A stretch of DNA of 64,000 nucleotides, from the NCBI GenBank assembly GCA_004297335.1, contig SCUD01000069.1, forward strand, positions 39,611-103,610. Direction: 5' to 3'. This stretch comes from Gammaproteobacteria bacterium. Its GTDB lineage: Bacteria > Pseudomonadota > Gammaproteobacteria > Steroidobacterales > Steroidobacteraceae. The notes under the pieces are model-generated. The model did no database searches. It saw nothing but the letters and a program-made list of their open reading frames with translations, and was not told the DNA's origin. A program made the position numbers and the translations under genes. Shown here one piece after another: positions 1 to 10,596 of this stretch. The first letter of the stretch is position 1. The number at the start of each line of letters is the position of its first letter.

Positions 1-1
1 C

Positions 2-535
2 ATGACCGGCGACCTGGTCAAGGAAATGCGCACCTGTCCACAGCCGATCATTGCCGCCATCGACGGCATTTCGGTGGGCGCCGGCGCAATCCTGGCGATG
101 GCCTCGGACCTGCGCTATGGCACCCCGGACACCAAGACCGCCTATCTGTTCGTCCGGGTCGGTCTTGCCGGCTGCGACATGGGCGCCTGCGCGATGCTGC
201 CCCGCATCATCGGTCAGGGCCGGGCTGCCGAACTGCTCTATAGCGGGCGCGTGATGACCGCGCAGGAAGGCCTGGACTGGGGCTATTTCAGCGATGTCGT
301 GCCGCGCGAGAAGCTCATGGCGCGTGCCCAAGACATGGCCCGCACGCTGGCGGATGGCCCCGCCTTCGCCCATGCGATGACCAAGAAGTGCCTGCACCAG
401 GAATGGAGCATGTCCATCGAGCAGGCGATCGAGACCGAGGCCGAGGCCCAGGCGATCTGCATGCAGACCCGGGATTTCGGGCGCGCCTACCACGCCTTCG
501 TCAACAAGGAGCAGCCAAAATTCGAGGGCAATTGA
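2..535 (+). CDS. enoyl-CoA hydratase/isomerase (crotonase) family protein, 5' end cut by the window edge
   Basis: The ORF runs off the left edge. The translation has crotonase-fold segments ([47 protein letters not shown]). The stop TGA at 533-535 overlaps the next candidate start. Confidence 0.85.
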   Translation: MTGDLVKEMRTCPQPIIAAIDGISVGAGAILAMASDLRYGTPDTKTAYLFVRVGLAGCDMGACAMLPRIIGQGRAAELLYSGRVMTAQEGLDWGYFSDVVPREKLMARAQDMARTLADGPAFAHAMTKKCLHQEWSMSIEQAIETEAEAQAICMQTRDFGRAYHAFVNKEQPKFEGN

Positions 536-1704
536 GCGGCGACACCAGCTTCCTCGAGTGGCCGTTCTTCACGGACGGCCATCGCGAGTACGCCATGCGC
601 CTGGCGGATTTCGCGGCCCGCGAACTCGCCGGCTTCGAGCATGCGCCGGAGGAGGATCCGGCCCTCGATGCCAGCTGTCGCGAGATTGCCCGCCGGCTCG
701 GTGCCGCCGGGTTCCTCGAACCGTGCTGCATCATGGATCCGGCTGATCGCTTCGACCTGCGCAAGCTGGCCTTGTCCCGCGATACGCTGGCCCGGCAGGC
801 CGGACTTGCCGATTTCGTCTTCGGGATGCAGGGGCTCGGCACGGGCCCGGTCTCCCTGTTCGGCTCGGCCGCACAGCGGCAGCACGTGCTGCCCGGAGTC
901 GTCAGCGGCGCGCAGATCGGCGCCTTCGCGCTCTCCGAGCCGGAGGCCGGCAGCGACGTCGCCGCGATGACGACGATGGCGCGTCGTGACGGCGACGGCT
1001 GGCGGCTCGACGGCGTCAAGACCTGGATCTCGAACGGCGGCCTCGCCGATCACTATGTGGTGTTTGCGAGGAGCGGCGAAGCCCCGGGTTCCCGCGGCCT
1101 GTCCGCCTTCCTCGTGGACCGTGGCACTCCCGGTCTCGAGATCGAGTCGCGGATCCGCGTGATCGCGCCCCATCCACTGGCGACAATCCGGCTGCGCGAC
1201 TGCCGACTGCCCGCGGCGGCGCTGATCGGAGAGCCGGGCCAGGGCTTCACGATCGCGATGGCAACACTGGATGTCTTCCGCACCACGGTCGGCGCCGCGG
1301 CCCTCGGCTTCGCCCGCCGCGCATTGGACGAAGCGATCCGCCGCGTTCGCGAGCGCTCGGTGTTCGGTCGCCGTCTCGCGGACTTCCAGCTGACCCAGGC
1401 ACGGATTGCCGACATGGCGCTCGAAGTCGACACCGCCGCCCTGCTGGTCTACCGCGCCGCCTGGGCCCGGGACACCGGGGACCGCCGGATCACCCGCGAG
1501 GCAGCGATGGCCAAGCTGCATGCCACCGAGGCTGCGCAGCGCGTGATCGATTCGGCTGTGCAGCTCTTTGGTGGCCTCGGTGTCGTGCATGGCACCACCG
1601 TCGAAGGGCTGTACCGCGAGATTCGCGCGCTGCGTATCTACGAGGGCACCAGCGAGATCCAGAAGCTGGTGATCGCCAGTACGCTGCTCGGCAAGGGCCC
1701 ATGA
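532..1704 (+). CDS. acyl-CoA dehydrogenase
   Basis: ACAD signatures are present ([31 protein letters not shown]). The ATG at 388 lies inside the upstream gene. I chose the TTG at 532, which overlaps the upstream stop (TTGA), so the start is uncertain. Confidence 0.8.
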   Translation: MSGDTSFLEWPFFTDGHREYAMRLADFAARELAGFEHAPEEDPALDASCREIARRLGAAGFLEPCCIMDPADRFDLRKLALSRDTLARQAGLADFVFGMQGLGTGPVSLFGSAAQRQHVLPGVVSGAQIGAFALSEPEAGSDVAAMTTMARRDGDGWRLDGVKTWISNGGLADHYVVFARSGEAPGSRGLSAFLVDRGTPGLEIESRIRVIAPHPLATIRLRDCRLPAAALIGEPGQGFTIAMATLDVFRTTVGAAALGFARRALDEAIRRVRERSVFGRRLADFQLTQARIADMALEVDTAALLVYRAAWARDTGDRRITREAAMAKLHATEAAQRVIDSAVQLFGGLGVVHGTTVEGLYREIRALRIYEGTSEIQKLVIASTLLGKGP

Positions 1705-2342
1705 AGTCCCACGCGCTCGTCGAGGCCCGGATCGGGGATCCGGAACTCGTCGGGCAGCGCCGCGCCGAGATCATCCGCGCCGCCATCAAGCTGTTCTCCG
1801 AGCATGGCTACTACGTCACGACGATCCAGCAGGTTGCGCGCGAGGCCGGCATCAGCGTCGGCCTCGTCTACCAGTACTTCCGCGACAAGGACGACATCCT
1901 GTTCCTTGCACTGAAGAGCGTGCTCGATACCTACGAACAGGAGATCCCGCGCGCGCTCGCCGGTATCACTCACCCGCTCGCTCGCCTGCGCGCCGCGTTC
2001 TCCGCCTACTGCGCGGTGATCGACCGGCTGCGCGAGGCCACGGTCCTCACCTACCGCTCGACCAAGTCGCTGCGGCCGGAGCGCCGGCGCTTCATCAAGG
2101 AGGGCGAGCTGCGCACCAACCGGCTGCTCGAGGCCTGCGTCCAGGAATGCGTCCGCGCCGGTTACCTGCGATCGGTCAACGTGCGATTGCTGGTCTACCA
2201 GTACGTGCTGTTCGCCCATGCCTGGGCCCTGAAGGGCTGGGCCTGGCGCGGACGCTACACGCTCAGGCGCTATGTCCGCGAGGGCCTCGCGCTGCTCGTC
2301 GATCCGTTCCTGACACCGAAGGGACGCCGGGTGCGACCATGA
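1701..2342 (+). CDS. TetR/AcrR family transcriptional regulator
   Basis: N-terminal TetR helix-turn-helix ([37 protein letters not shown]). ATGA overlap with the ACAD stop. Confidence 0.85.
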   Translation: MKSHALVEARIGDPELVGQRRAEIIRAAIKLFSEHGYYVTTIQQVAREAGISVGLVYQYFRDKDDILFLALKSVLDTYEQEIPRALAGITHPLARLRAAFSAYCAVIDRLREATVLTYRSTKSLRPERRRFIKEGELRTNRLLEACVQECVRAGYLRSVNVRLLVYQYVLFAHAWALKGWAWRGRYTLRRYVREGLALLVDPFLTPKGRRVRP

Positions 2343-3097
2343 TCCGCTGTGAACTCAGCGCGGCACGGGCCGTCATCACGCTCGCCAGGCCACCGCTCAA
2401 CGCCATCAACGAGGAATGGCTCACCGCGCTCGAAGAGGCCCTCGGCACCGCCGAGGCTGATCCGACCATCGCCGTCCTGCACCTGCGCAGCGATCAGCGC
2501 GCCTTCAGCGCCGGTGCCGACCTCGGATTGCTGCGGGAACGCTTCGCCACCGCCGCCGGACGGAGCGCGATGGTGGAGTTCGTGCGCAGGATGCAGCAGG
2601 TATTCGCGCTGCTCGAGCACTCGCGGCTGGTGTCAGTGGCCGAGCTGGGCGGAGCCGCCCTCGGTGGCGGCTTCGAGCTGGCGCTGGCCTGCGACCTGCG
2701 CCTCGCCGCCGACGAGGCAAGACTGGGGCTGCCCGAGGCGGCACTTGGCCTGCTCCCCGCAGCCGGCGGCACGCAGCGCCTGACGCGCCTGTGCGGTCCC
2801 ACGACTGCGCGGCGCCTGATCCTCGGGGCCGAGGTGCTGAGCGGCCGGGAGGCACTCGCGCTCGGTCTCGTGCAGTGGTCGATGCCCGGTGCGGAGCTGC
2901 CGGCCCGCACCGGTGAACTGGTGGCGCGCATCGCCGGGCTGCCGCCGGAGGCACTGGCCGCCAACAAGCGCTGCATCGCAGCCGCCGCCGCGTCCGGCGA
3001 CGCGGGCTTTGCGCTCGAGCTCGAAGAAACTGCACGACTGTACGCCGCGCCCGACACGCAGGCCCGCGTGCGGAAGTTCCTCGACAAGCGCAGCTGA
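2339..3097 (+). CDS. enoyl-CoA hydratase/isomerase family protein
   Basis: Crotonase motifs are present (AFSAGADLG, GGAALGGGFELALACDLRLA). The ATG at 2339 overlaps the TetR stop (ATGA). The longer ORF starting at 2147 is rejected as an out-of-context extension. Confidence 0.85.
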   Translation: MIRCELSAARAVITLARPPLNAINEEWLTALEEALGTAEADPTIAVLHLRSDQRAFSAGADLGLLRERFATAAGRSAMVEFVRRMQQVFALLEHSRLVSVAELGGAALGGGFELALACDLRLAADEARLGLPEAALGLLPAAGGTQRLTRLCGPTTARRLILGAEVLSGREALALGLVQWSMPGAELPARTGELVARIAGLPPEALAANKRCIAAAAASGDAGFALELEETARLYAAPDTQARVRKFLDKRS

Positions 3098-3103
3098 TCC
3101 CGC

Positions 3104-3874
3104 TCAGCTGACCTCGCCGCCGGCGATTGCGATACTCTGCCCGGTGACGCTCTCGGTGCCCGGCTGGCACAGCCACGCCACCGCGTTCGCGACTTCCTCC
3201 GGCCGGATCAGCCGGCGCTGCGGATTGTGCCCCACCAGCGAAGCCAGCGCCTCCGTCTCGCTGCGTCCGGTCTTGTCGCGGATGGTCGCGATCGCTTCCC
3301 GGACCATTTCGGTATCGGTGTAGCCCGGACAGACGGCGTTCACGGTGATGTCGTGCTGCACGAGTTCGAGTGCCAGCGCGCGGGTGAGCCCGATGACGCC
3401 ATGCTTCGCGGCGCAGTAGGCCGTGCAGTAGGCATAACCGACCATCCCGGCCGTACTCGCGACATTGACGATCCGCCCGTGACGTCGCGCGATCATCGCC
3501 GGCAGCACCGACTGCGTCAGGTGCAGGACGCCGCTCAGGTTGACCTCGAGCATGCGGTTCCACAGGGCCGCGTCGGTCTTCAGGAACGGTGCGCTGGCCG
3601 CCTGCCCGGCATTGTTGACCAGGATGTCGATGTCGCCGGCGCGGGCCCGCGCGGCGGCGACCGCCGCGGCGACCGCTGCCGGGTCGGTGACATCCGCGGT
3701 GACGAAGCCGGCCGCGTCGCCGAGCCGCGCGACCGTAGCCTGCAACGGGCCGGCCGAGCGGCCGAGCAGCGTCACGCGGGCACCGTGGGCCGCGAGCGCC
3801 GAGGCAATCGCGGAGCCGATGCCGCGCCCGCCGCCGCTGATCAGCGCATGGCGCTCCTGCAGTGTGTTGCTCAT
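3104..3874 (-). CDS. short-chain dehydrogenase/reductase (SDR)
   Basis: Classical SDR motifs: GGGRGIG cofactor loop, NNAG, and YxxxK (YCAAK). Confidence 0.85.
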   Translation of the reverse strand: MSNTLQERHALISGGGRGIGSAIASALAAHGARVTLLGRSAGPLQATVARLGDAAGFVTADVTDPAAVAAAVAAARARAGDIDILVNNAGQAASAPFLKTDAALWNRMLEVNLSGVLHLTQSVLPAMIARRHGRIVNVASTAGMVGYAYCTAYCAAKHGVIGLTRALALELVQHDITVNAVCPGYTDTEMVREAIATIRDKTGRSETEALASLVGHNPQRRLIRPEEVANAVAWLCQPGTESVTGQSIAIAGGEVS

Positions 3875-3887
3875 CGCTGCGACCTCA

Positions 3888-4865
3888 TCAGGAATACAGT
3901 CCGCGCACCCGGCCCATCAGCCGGGTGAGGCCGAAGATGGCATCGGTCGCCGGCGTGCGGACCCCGATCCGCTCGCCGATCTCGCGCACCGCGCCGACGA
4001 TGGCGTCCAGTTCGAGACGGCGCCCGGCCTCGGCATCCTGCAGCATCGACGTGCGGAAGGCGCCGAGCTGGCGGGTCAGTTCCATGCGCGCCTCGGCCGT
4101 CTCGGCGACCGGACAGCCGATCTGCGCGCCGATCGCCGCGCATTCACCCATCGCCTGCACCATGAACGCGGCGACCAGCGGATCATCGAGGATGCCGAGC
4201 GTATCGGCACCGGTCAACGCGGAAACCGGGTTCATCGTGGTGTTTCCCCACAGCTTGTACCAGACTTCGCGCCGGACATCGCCCGCGCACTCCACGTCGA
4301 AGCCAGCCCGCCCGAGCAGCGCGGCAACCTCGTGGACGCGCTCACTGTCGCCTCCCGCCGGCTCGCCGATGATCAGCCGCTGCCCCTTGGCATGGCGGAT
4401 CTCGCCGGGTCCCGCCTGGCTCGCGGCCAGGTGCACGACGCAGCCGAGCACCTGCCGCAGCGGCACTGCGGCACTGATGCGCCCGCCCGGATCGACCGAC
4501 TCGAGCGGCCGCGGGTCGGCGACCGGCGGCACCTGCAGGAACCACCAGGGCACGCCGTTCATGGCTGGCAGCACCGTCGCCCCGCCGGCCCACAGCGGCG
4601 CCAGCGTCGGAGCGACCTCTGCCCAGGCCTGCCCCTTCAGCGCGATGATCACGAGATCCGCGGGCGCGAGCTCCTGCGGCTGCGCCGCCACGGTGATCCG
4701 GAAGCTCCGGTCGGCGCCGTCGGGAGCTGTCAGCCGCAGGCCGCCGGCGCGCACCCGCGTTAGCGTCTCGCCGCGCGCGATGGCCTGCACCTCGCTGCCA
4801 CTGGCGGCCAGTCGCGCTGCGATCAGCCCGCCTACCGCCCCGAGCCCGACGACCGTCGTCCGCAT
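3888..4865 (-). CDS. 2-dehydropantoate 2-reductase (PanE/ApbA) family oxidoreductase
   Basis: N-terminal Rossmann segment VVGLGAVGGLIAARL, plus the typical ApbA layout and length (325 aa). The actual substrate is unknown. Confidence 0.75.
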   Translation of the reverse strand: MRTTVVGLGAVGGLIAARLAASGSEVQAIARGETLTRVRAGGLRLTAPDGADRSFRITVAAQPQELAPADLVIIALKGQAWAEVAPTLAPLWAGGATVLPAMNGVPWWFLQVPPVADPRPLESVDPGGRISAAVPLRQVLGCVVHLAASQAGPGEIRHAKGQRLIIGEPAGGDSERVHEVAALLGRAGFDVECAGDVRREVWYKLWGNTTMNPVSALTGADTLGILDDPLVAAFMVQAMGECAAIGAQIGCPVAETAEARMELTRQLGAFRTSMLQDAEAGRRLELDAIVGAVREIGERIGVRTPATDAIFGLTRLMGRVRGLYS

Positions 4866-4985
4866 GCTGCTGCCCTGCTCCTGTGACCAGCGTTATCAGA
4901 ACATCTTCCGGCCACAAAACAAAGCCGGCTTGACAACGCCAGCGCAGTCCGCATGCTGTCGCGGACCGCAATCCGGGAGGCGTTC

Positions 4986-6311
4986 ATGACTGACAGCCAG
5001 GATCCGCGCGCGACACTGGCGGCTGCACCGATGAGCCGGTTCCAGATCATCGCCGTGGCCATCACCATCGGCCTCAACGCGCTGGACGGTTTCGACGTGC
5101 TGGCGATCAGCTTCGCCGCTCCCGGCATCGCCGCCGAATGGGGCATCGACCGCGCCGCGCTCGGCGTCGTGCTGGCAATGGAGTTGCTGGGGATGACCGC
5201 CGGGTCGCTGCTGTTTGGCGGACTCGCCGACCGCATCGGGCGGCGCCCGACGATCCTCGGCTGCCTCGTGCTGATGACGACCGGCATGCTGCTATGCGTG
5301 ACCGCAGGCGCCGTGATGGAACTCCTGGCCTGGCGCTTCCTGACCGGGCTCGGCATCGGCGGCATGCTGGCCGCGATCAACGCGATGGCGGCCGAATACT
5401 CGAACGCGCGCAACCGCGACATGGCCGTGAGCCTGATGGCCGCGGGTTACCCGATCGGTGCGGTGGTCGGTGGCTCGCTGGTGGCCATCCTGCTGCGACA
5501 CTACGACTGGCGCTCCATCTTCCTGCTGGGCGGCCTCATCACGGCGCTGTTCATTCCGCTGGTGCTCTGGCGGGTCCCGGAATCGATCGCATTTCTCTGT
5601 GACCGGCGGCCCGCCGGCGTGCTCGAACGCATCAATTCGATCCTGCGGAAGATGGGCCAGCCGACCGTGGCCGCGCTGCCTCCCTTGACTGCGGCGGAAC
5701 AGAACCGCAGCCTGGCCGACATCCTCCGGCCCGGGTTGCTGCCGGTCACGATCCTGGTGACCGCAGCGTATTTCCTGCACATCACGACCTTCTACTTCAT
5801 CCTCAAGTGGGCCCCGAAGATCGTCGTGGACATGGGCTTCGCCGCGGCCTCAGCCGCGACCGTGCTGGTCTGGGCCAACGTGGGCGGCGCCACGGGCAGC
5901 CTGGTATTGAGCGTGATGGCGCGCCGTTTTCCGGTCCTGTGGCTGACGCTGGGCGTGCTCGTCATCTCCACGTTCCTGGTTACGCTGTTCGGCTTCACCG
6001 GCGGCAGCATCGGTCACCTGGCCCTGGTCGCGGCGATCGCCGGCTTCTTCACCAATTCGGGTGTCGTCGGCCTCTACGCGATCATTGCCCGGTCGTTCCC
6101 GACGCATGTACGCGCGACGGCCACCGGCTTCGTGATCGGGGTCGGGCGCGGCGGTGCGGCACTGTCACCGGTGATCGCGGGCCTGTTGTTCCAGGCTGGA
6201 ATCGCCACGGGCTTCGTGGCCCCGTGCATGGCGGCGGGCTCGCTGCTCGCGGCCACTGCCCTGCTGCTGTTGCACCGCAGGGCACAGGCCACGCGCCAGG
6301 CACTATCCTAG
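4986..6311 (+). CDS. MFS transporter, aromatic acid:H+ symporter (AAHS)-like
   Basis: Twelve-TM-type hydrophobic profile. The N-terminus (FQIIAVAITIGLNALDGFDVLAISFAAPGIAAEWGI) and the GGLADRIGRR loop are typical of PcaK/BenK-type carriers. A GGGAGG RBS lies 6 nt before the ATG at 4986. Confidence 0.75.
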   Translation: MTDSQDPRATLAAAPMSRFQIIAVAITIGLNALDGFDVLAISFAAPGIAAEWGIDRAALGVVLAMELLGMTAGSLLFGGLADRIGRRPTILGCLVLMTTGMLLCVTAGAVMELLAWRFLTGLGIGGMLAAINAMAAEYSNARNRDMAVSLMAAGYPIGAVVGGSLVAILLRHYDWRSIFLLGGLITALFIPLVLWRVPESIAFLCDRRPAGVLERINSILRKMGQPTVAALPPLTAAEQNRSLADILRPGLLPVTILVTAAYFLHITTFYFILKWAPKIVVDMGFAAASAATVLVWANVGGATGSLVLSVMARRFPVLWLTLGVLVISTFLVTLFGFTGGSIGHLALVAAIAGFFTNSGVVGLYAIIARSFPTHVRATATGFVIGVGRGGAALSPVIAGLLFQAGIATGFVAPCMAAGSLLAATALLLLHRRAQATRQALS

Positions 6312-7645
6312 GCCCGGCCGTACTCCCGGCCCGTATCGAACATTGCGTGCACGTTGGCCGGCACGGCGTCGTCGATGACGGCGCCCGTCGAGAGGATGTA
6401 GCCGCCATCCCGGCCGACGGTGTCGATCAGCCGCTTCACGTGGTCACTGACCTGCGCTGGTGTTCCGGCCGCCAGCAGTGACAGGGGCAGGTTGCCGCCG
6501 AAACAGGCCCAGCCGTGGAAACGCCGCCGCACCTCGGCGAGGTCGGTCTGGTCGAACATCCACAGGGTCGTTCCCGCCGGAATGTCCGGATCCGCGATGA
6601 CATCCAGGCGCCGGTTGCAGGCCCCCTCGACGAACAGGTAGGGCACAACCCCTTCGGCAACCAGGCCGAGGATGACGGCCTTGAGCGTCGGCCAGTAGAA
6701 GCGGCGGAATGTCTTGTCGGACATGAAACTGTCAGCGCCCTTGTGTAGCGGGATGAACACGACCGGCCGGCCGCTGCGGTTGGCGGCGCGCACGCCCATC
6801 TCGATCGCGAGCGGCACCAGTCGCTCCAGTGCCGCCAGCAGCTCGGTCGGCCGCCGGAACAGGTCGAGCGTGACCGCGTGCGTGCCGCGCAGCGTGTCAC
6901 CGATCGTGTCAAAGGGCGCCTTGGTCATGCCGCCGACCACTGGCGCGATCCCCAGTTCGGCGATCGTCGCCGCATCGATGGCGCGGGCCGCCGTGAACCA
7001 CTCCAGTGCCTGCTGCCCGGCGCGCTGCAGTCGCTGCAGGGATTCCTGCAACTCCGGCAGGCCGAAGGGCACGAAGGCTCCGCCGACCATCGGAATCTCC
7101 AGGATGTCGGTCAGCGCTCCCAGCTTCTGCCAGGGTTCGAGCACGCCGAGCACCCGGGGCAGGTAGCTGCGCAGGAAGAAGTTCGACGGGTCGTCGATCA
7201 GCTTCGGGTACTCGTCGGCGCGCATGTATTCGGACTCGACGCACTGGAACGAGGAGTCCTCGGGAATTCCGTGGCCGGCCCAGCGATAGAGCCGGTAATC
7301 CAGCGTTTCCAGCAGCGGCCCCGAGCCGAAGGCAGCCGCGCCGGTCAGCGAATCCGGCAGGAAATCCCGGTGATACCCCCGCAGGGCCTCACCGAGGGCC
7401 GCATAGTCGTACATGGCCTGCTGCACACTGATGCCGGCCTGGCGGGCCGGGAATGCGCCGACGTGCGGGCACACCGGGATGCGCGCCGGAACCCGCAGCT
7501 GGATCGCGTCACGGATGATCCGGACGCGCTCCTCGTAGGCAGCGGCAGCCGCGGGTGCAGCGAAGGAAATCCCGGGCGCGGACAGCCAGTTCGCCAGGCG
7601 CTGTTCCAGCTTGCCGGCCGCCGTATCGACCGTGCTCACGTTCAT
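6308..7645 (-). CDS. uroporphyrinogen-decarboxylase (URO-D) family methyltransferase, candidate substrate:corrinoid methyltransferase (MT-I)
   Basis: 445 aa. The C-terminal block [30 protein letters not shown] is typical of MtaA/URO-D-like methyltransferases. It sits in a corrinoid/THF gene cluster. Confidence 0.65.
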   Translation of the reverse strand: MNVSTVDTAAGKLEQRLANWLSAPGISFAAPAAAAAYEERVRIIRDAIQLRVPARIPVCPHVGAFPARQAGISVQQAMYDYAALGEALRGYHRDFLPDSLTGAAAFGSGPLLETLDYRLYRWAGHGIPEDSSFQCVESEYMRADEYPKLIDDPSNFFLRSYLPRVLGVLEPWQKLGALTDILEIPMVGGAFVPFGLPELQESLQRLQRAGQQALEWFTAARAIDAATIAELGIAPVVGGMTKAPFDTIGDTLRGTHAVTLDLFRRPTELLAALERLVPLAIEMGVRAANRSGRPVVFIPLHKGADSFMSDKTFRRFYWPTLKAVILGLVAEGVVPYLFVEGACNRRLDVIADPDIPAGTTLWMFDQTDLAEVRRRFHGWACFGGNLPLSLLAAGTPAQVSDHVKRLIDTVGRDGGYILSTGAVIDDAVPANVHAMFDTGREYGRA

Positions 7646-8502
7646 GACACCCTTCCTGCCCGCCGTTCAGCGGCCGCAATGGTATTTTCCAGCAACATCG
7701 TGATCGTCATCGGACCGACCCCACCGGGAACTGGCGTGATCAGCGCCGCGACCGCGCGACAGGACTCGAAGTCCACGTCCCCGCAGAGCTTGCCATCCGG
7801 ACCACGGTTGATACCGACATCGATGACGACGGCCCCGGGCTTGATCATGTCCCCGGTAATCATTCGCGGCCGCCCGGCCGCCACGACGAGAATGTCCGCG
7901 CGGCGCGTATGCAAGGCGAGATCGCGGGTCCGCGAATGACAGACCGTGACGGTCGCATTGCGCTCGATGAGCAGCAGCGCCATCGGCTTGCCGACGATAT
8001 TCGAGCGCCCGACGATCACGGCTTCCTGGCCGGCCGGATTCACGCCGGCCTCCTCCAGCATCCGGATGACCCCCAGCGGCGTGCAGGGAATGAAGCGTGC
8101 CCGGCCCTGCACCAGGGCGCCGACGTTCTCGGGATGGAAGCCATCGACGTCCTTGTCGGGCGCAATGGCGTCGAGGATCGCCGTCTCATCGATGTGCGGC
8201 GGCAGCGGCAGCTGCACGAGGATGCCGTGGATCCGCTCGTCGGCATTCAACGCACGGACTTTCGCCAGCAGCTCCGCGGGCGCCACGTCGGCAGGCAGCG
8301 TGATCCTCTCCGAGAGCATGCCTGCGGCCTCGCAGGCATTGACCTTGTTGCGAACATAGACCTGCGAGGCCGGATCCTCGCCGACCAGCACGACGGCGAG
8401 GCCGGGGCGATGCCCGGCCGCCGCCAGCGCCGCGACGCGGCCGGCAAAGCCCTCGCGCAGCTTCCGGGCGAGCGCGTTACCGTCGATTGCAGTGGCTGTC
8501 AT
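7642..8502 (-). CDS. folD: bifunctional 5,10-methylene-THF dehydrogenase / 5,10-methenyl-THF cyclohydrolase
   Basis: Full-length FolD-like sequence ([54 protein letters not shown]). Confidence 0.9.
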   Translation of the reverse strand: MTATAIDGNALARKLREGFAGRVAALAAAGHRPGLAVVLVGEDPASQVYVRNKVNACEAAGMLSERITLPADVAPAELLAKVRALNADERIHGILVQLPLPPHIDETAILDAIAPDKDVDGFHPENVGALVQGRARFIPCTPLGVIRMLEEAGVNPAGQEAVIVGRSNIVGKPMALLLIERNATVTVCHSRTRDLALHTRRADILVVAAGRPRMITGDMIKPGAVVIDVGINRGPDGKLCGDVDFESCRAVAALITPVPGGVGPMTITMLLENTIAAAERRAGRVS

Positions 8503-8515
8503 CGTTACCTTTCTC

Positions 8516-9691
8516 TCAATCCATGGCCCAGGTGCGCAGGGGCCGTCCCAGGGCGCTCCGGTCGGTGAACGGCGAGGCCGGGAGGGCCAGCGCGTCGAAC
8601 GGCGCCTGGGGCGCCAGCGTGGCCGGCAGGCCGAAGTGCCGGCGCGGTGCCGAGGTTGCCGCCGTCAGCACCCGTCCCAGCGACACTCCCGCCTCCAGCC
8701 ACCGGTCGATCTCCTCGCCGACCGCGGTGCCGTGCGCCACGCCCATGCTGCCGGCATCGGTGCCCAGCAGCAAGGGCACTCCCATTCCATCGGCCAGCCG
8801 CAGATGCTCGGCATGTTCATCGAGGATCCGCCGCAGGTGCCCGATCGTCGCCGCGGACCAGCCCGCGGCCTCGGGCTGCGCCCACTGGAAGTGGACCGGG
8901 CAGAAGGTCGGCGTCCAGGCAATCTGGTGGTCGCGCATCAGACCCAGCGTCTCGCGGTTCATGAAGAAGCCGTGCTCGATCGAGCCGACTCCGGCGGCCG
9001 CGGCGATCGCCAGCCCCGCTGCACCACTGCAATGCGCCAGTGTGCCGCGGCCATGCTCGCGAGCCGTCGCCACGACCAGTTGTGCCGCCGCAAGATCGAA
9101 CTGCGGCTGGTCGGTGACGGCCCCGGAATCGAAGTCGATGATGCCGGTCAGCACCAGTTTGATCTCGTCGCAGTCCGCCGCGAGCGCGGCGACCGTCCCG
9201 CGGATCGATGCATCGTCCTCGACATCGCGGGCGATGAAGGCCCCGTAGCGCTTCGGGCGTTTTACCCCGACCCCGGCCGAGCGCACCCGCGCGAGTTCAC
9301 GCGAGCCACGTGCCTCGGCGCGGATCCGGTGGTTGATGCCGTGGCGGTCTCCAGCGTCGCGGACCAGCGTGACGCCGCAGGCCAGGGACCGCCGGGCGCT
9401 CGCGCGCGCGGTCTGCGTCAGTTCCTCGACCGGCTTCTTCAGGTGCGCCGAGCGCAGCGCGTTGTCAGTGACATGGCCCTCGAGGAACAGGTGTACGTGT
9501 GCGTCCACGAGTCCCGGCATCAGGAACGGCACCCGGGTGACCGGCACGGAACTACCGGCCAGGTCCGCGGCCTGATCGCCGGCAGCCAGGCTCGCCAGGC
9601 GGCCGTGTTCCACGACCAACGTGGTCGGCCCTGCGCCATGCCGGCGCTCGCCGTCAAACCACTCGGCCGCGACGATGACTTCGCGGCTCAT
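8516..9691 (-). CDS. amidohydrolase family metal-dependent hydrolase
   Basis: Metal-binding HxH near the N-terminus ([10 protein letters not shown]), later H/D ligand contexts (LAHCSG, IEHGFF, LGTDAG), 391 aa. Substrate unknown. Confidence 0.7.
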   Translation of the reverse strand: MSREVIVAAEWFDGERRHGAGPTTLVVEHGRLASLAAGDQAADLAGSSVPVTRVPFLMPGLVDAHVHLFLEGHVTDNALRSAHLKKPVEELTQTARASARRSLACGVTLVRDAGDRHGINHRIRAEARGSRELARVRSAGVGVKRPKRYGAFIARDVEDDASIRGTVAALAADCDEIKLVLTGIIDFDSGAVTDQPQFDLAAAQLVVATAREHGRGTLAHCSGAAGLAIAAAAGVGSIEHGFFMNRETLGLMRDHQIAWTPTFCPVHFQWAQPEAAGWSAATIGHLRRILDEHAEHLRLADGMGVPLLLGTDAGSMGVAHGTAVGEEIDRWLEAGVSLGRVLTAATSAPRRHFGLPATLAPQAPFDALALPASPFTDRSALGRPLRTWAMD

Positions 9692-10578
9692 GCCCGGTAG
9701 AACTTGCGCACGGCACGCAGCGCGTTGCTGCCGGTCTGCTCGAGGAAGTTGCGATAGGCCTGCAGCACGAAGTTATCGTCCGGCAGCGGCGCATAACCCC
9801 GCCAGGGCGTGCCCAGCACCGTATCGAAGCCGAACGGCACGGTCAGGGTCAGGAAGGCGTTCTCCAGCTGGTGCTTCAGGTCCGAGCCGTCCGCCGCCTT
9901 CGCCGGCAGCTGCTGGCCGATGTTCGACAGGCCGCCCATCATGTGCAGCCCGCGCAACTCGGGGTCGCTGCCGATCAAGCGGACCGCCTCGATGGTCGCG
10001 CGATTGAGGCCCTCCGTATCTGCGATGATCGCCGCCACCGAGAGATCGACGAATACATGGTCGAGCGGCATGCGATAGCCGTCACGCAGCCGCAGAGCGG
10101 CGCGCCGGGCGGTACCGGCAATGTCATCGGCCGTCTTGTTGTTCCTGGCCACACCGTCCACGACGCTTTCGGAGGCCATGACCATCACGCGAAAACGATG
10201 CTCCCCGTAGAGCTTCATCGGGTCCCAGCGGTGCTCGGTGATCGAATTGAGGATCGCCAGTTCGCCACCGGCGCGCTGCTGGTCATAAGTGGCGAGGCAC
10301 AGCGCGGACAACTCCGTGGTCGGCACGTCGAAGGACAGCGGCACCGCGACGACGGCCTGGATCGCGCGGATCACGTCCACCAGGAACGGCTGGTCGACCA
10401 TGGCCCGCGATCCGATGTTGACGTTGAGACAGAAGGCGCCGGCCTCGACCTGCCTGACCGCCAGCGCCTGGATTCCCGGCAAGTCTTTCTGGTCGAACAG
10501 GGCTTGGGTGCTGCGGAAGCCAGGGTTGATCCGCTCGCCGATGATCCGGATATCGAAATTACCTGATGTTTGCGCCAT
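9688..10578 (-). CDS. pterin-binding (DHPS-like) methyltetrahydrofolate:corrinoid methyltransferase (MT-II / MeTr-like)
   Basis: The N-terminus IIGERINPG...ALAVRQVEAGAFCLNVNIG matches the pterin-binding TIM-barrel family (AcsE/MetH Pterin_bind). ATGA-type overlap with the downstream amidohydrolase. Confidence 0.75.
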   Translation of the reverse strand: MAQTSGNFDIRIIGERINPGFRSTQALFDQKDLPGIQALAVRQVEAGAFCLNVNIGSRAMVDQPFLVDVIRAIQAVVAVPLSFDVPTTELSALCLATYDQQRAGGELAILNSITEHRWDPMKLYGEHRFRVMVMASESVVDGVARNNKTADDIAGTARRAALRLRDGYRMPLDHVFVDLSVAAIIADTEGLNRATIEAVRLIGSDPELRGLHMMGGLSNIGQQLPAKAADGSDLKHQLENAFLTLTVPFGFDTVLGTPWRGYAPLPDDNFVLQAYRNFLEQTGSNALRAVRKFYRA

Positions 10579-10596
10579 AAATACCTGACAATTAAT

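Noticed and set aside
388-531. ATG-initiated N-terminal extension of the acyl-CoA dehydrogenase
   Set aside because: It lies entirely inside the upstream crotonase gene. The extension is Arg/Gly/Pro-rich and unlike ACAD N-termini.
4930-4935. TTGACA -35-like hexamer in the KPR/MFS divergent region
   Set aside because: No acceptable -10 hexamer lies at 16-18 nt spacing (ATGCTG only). The evidence is insufficient for a promoter call.
6308-6311. Convergent MFS and MT-I genes share overlapping stop codons in the palindrome CTAG
   Set aside because: This is real in the sequence but is a trivial consequence of TAG/CTA complementarity. No functional implication can be supported.
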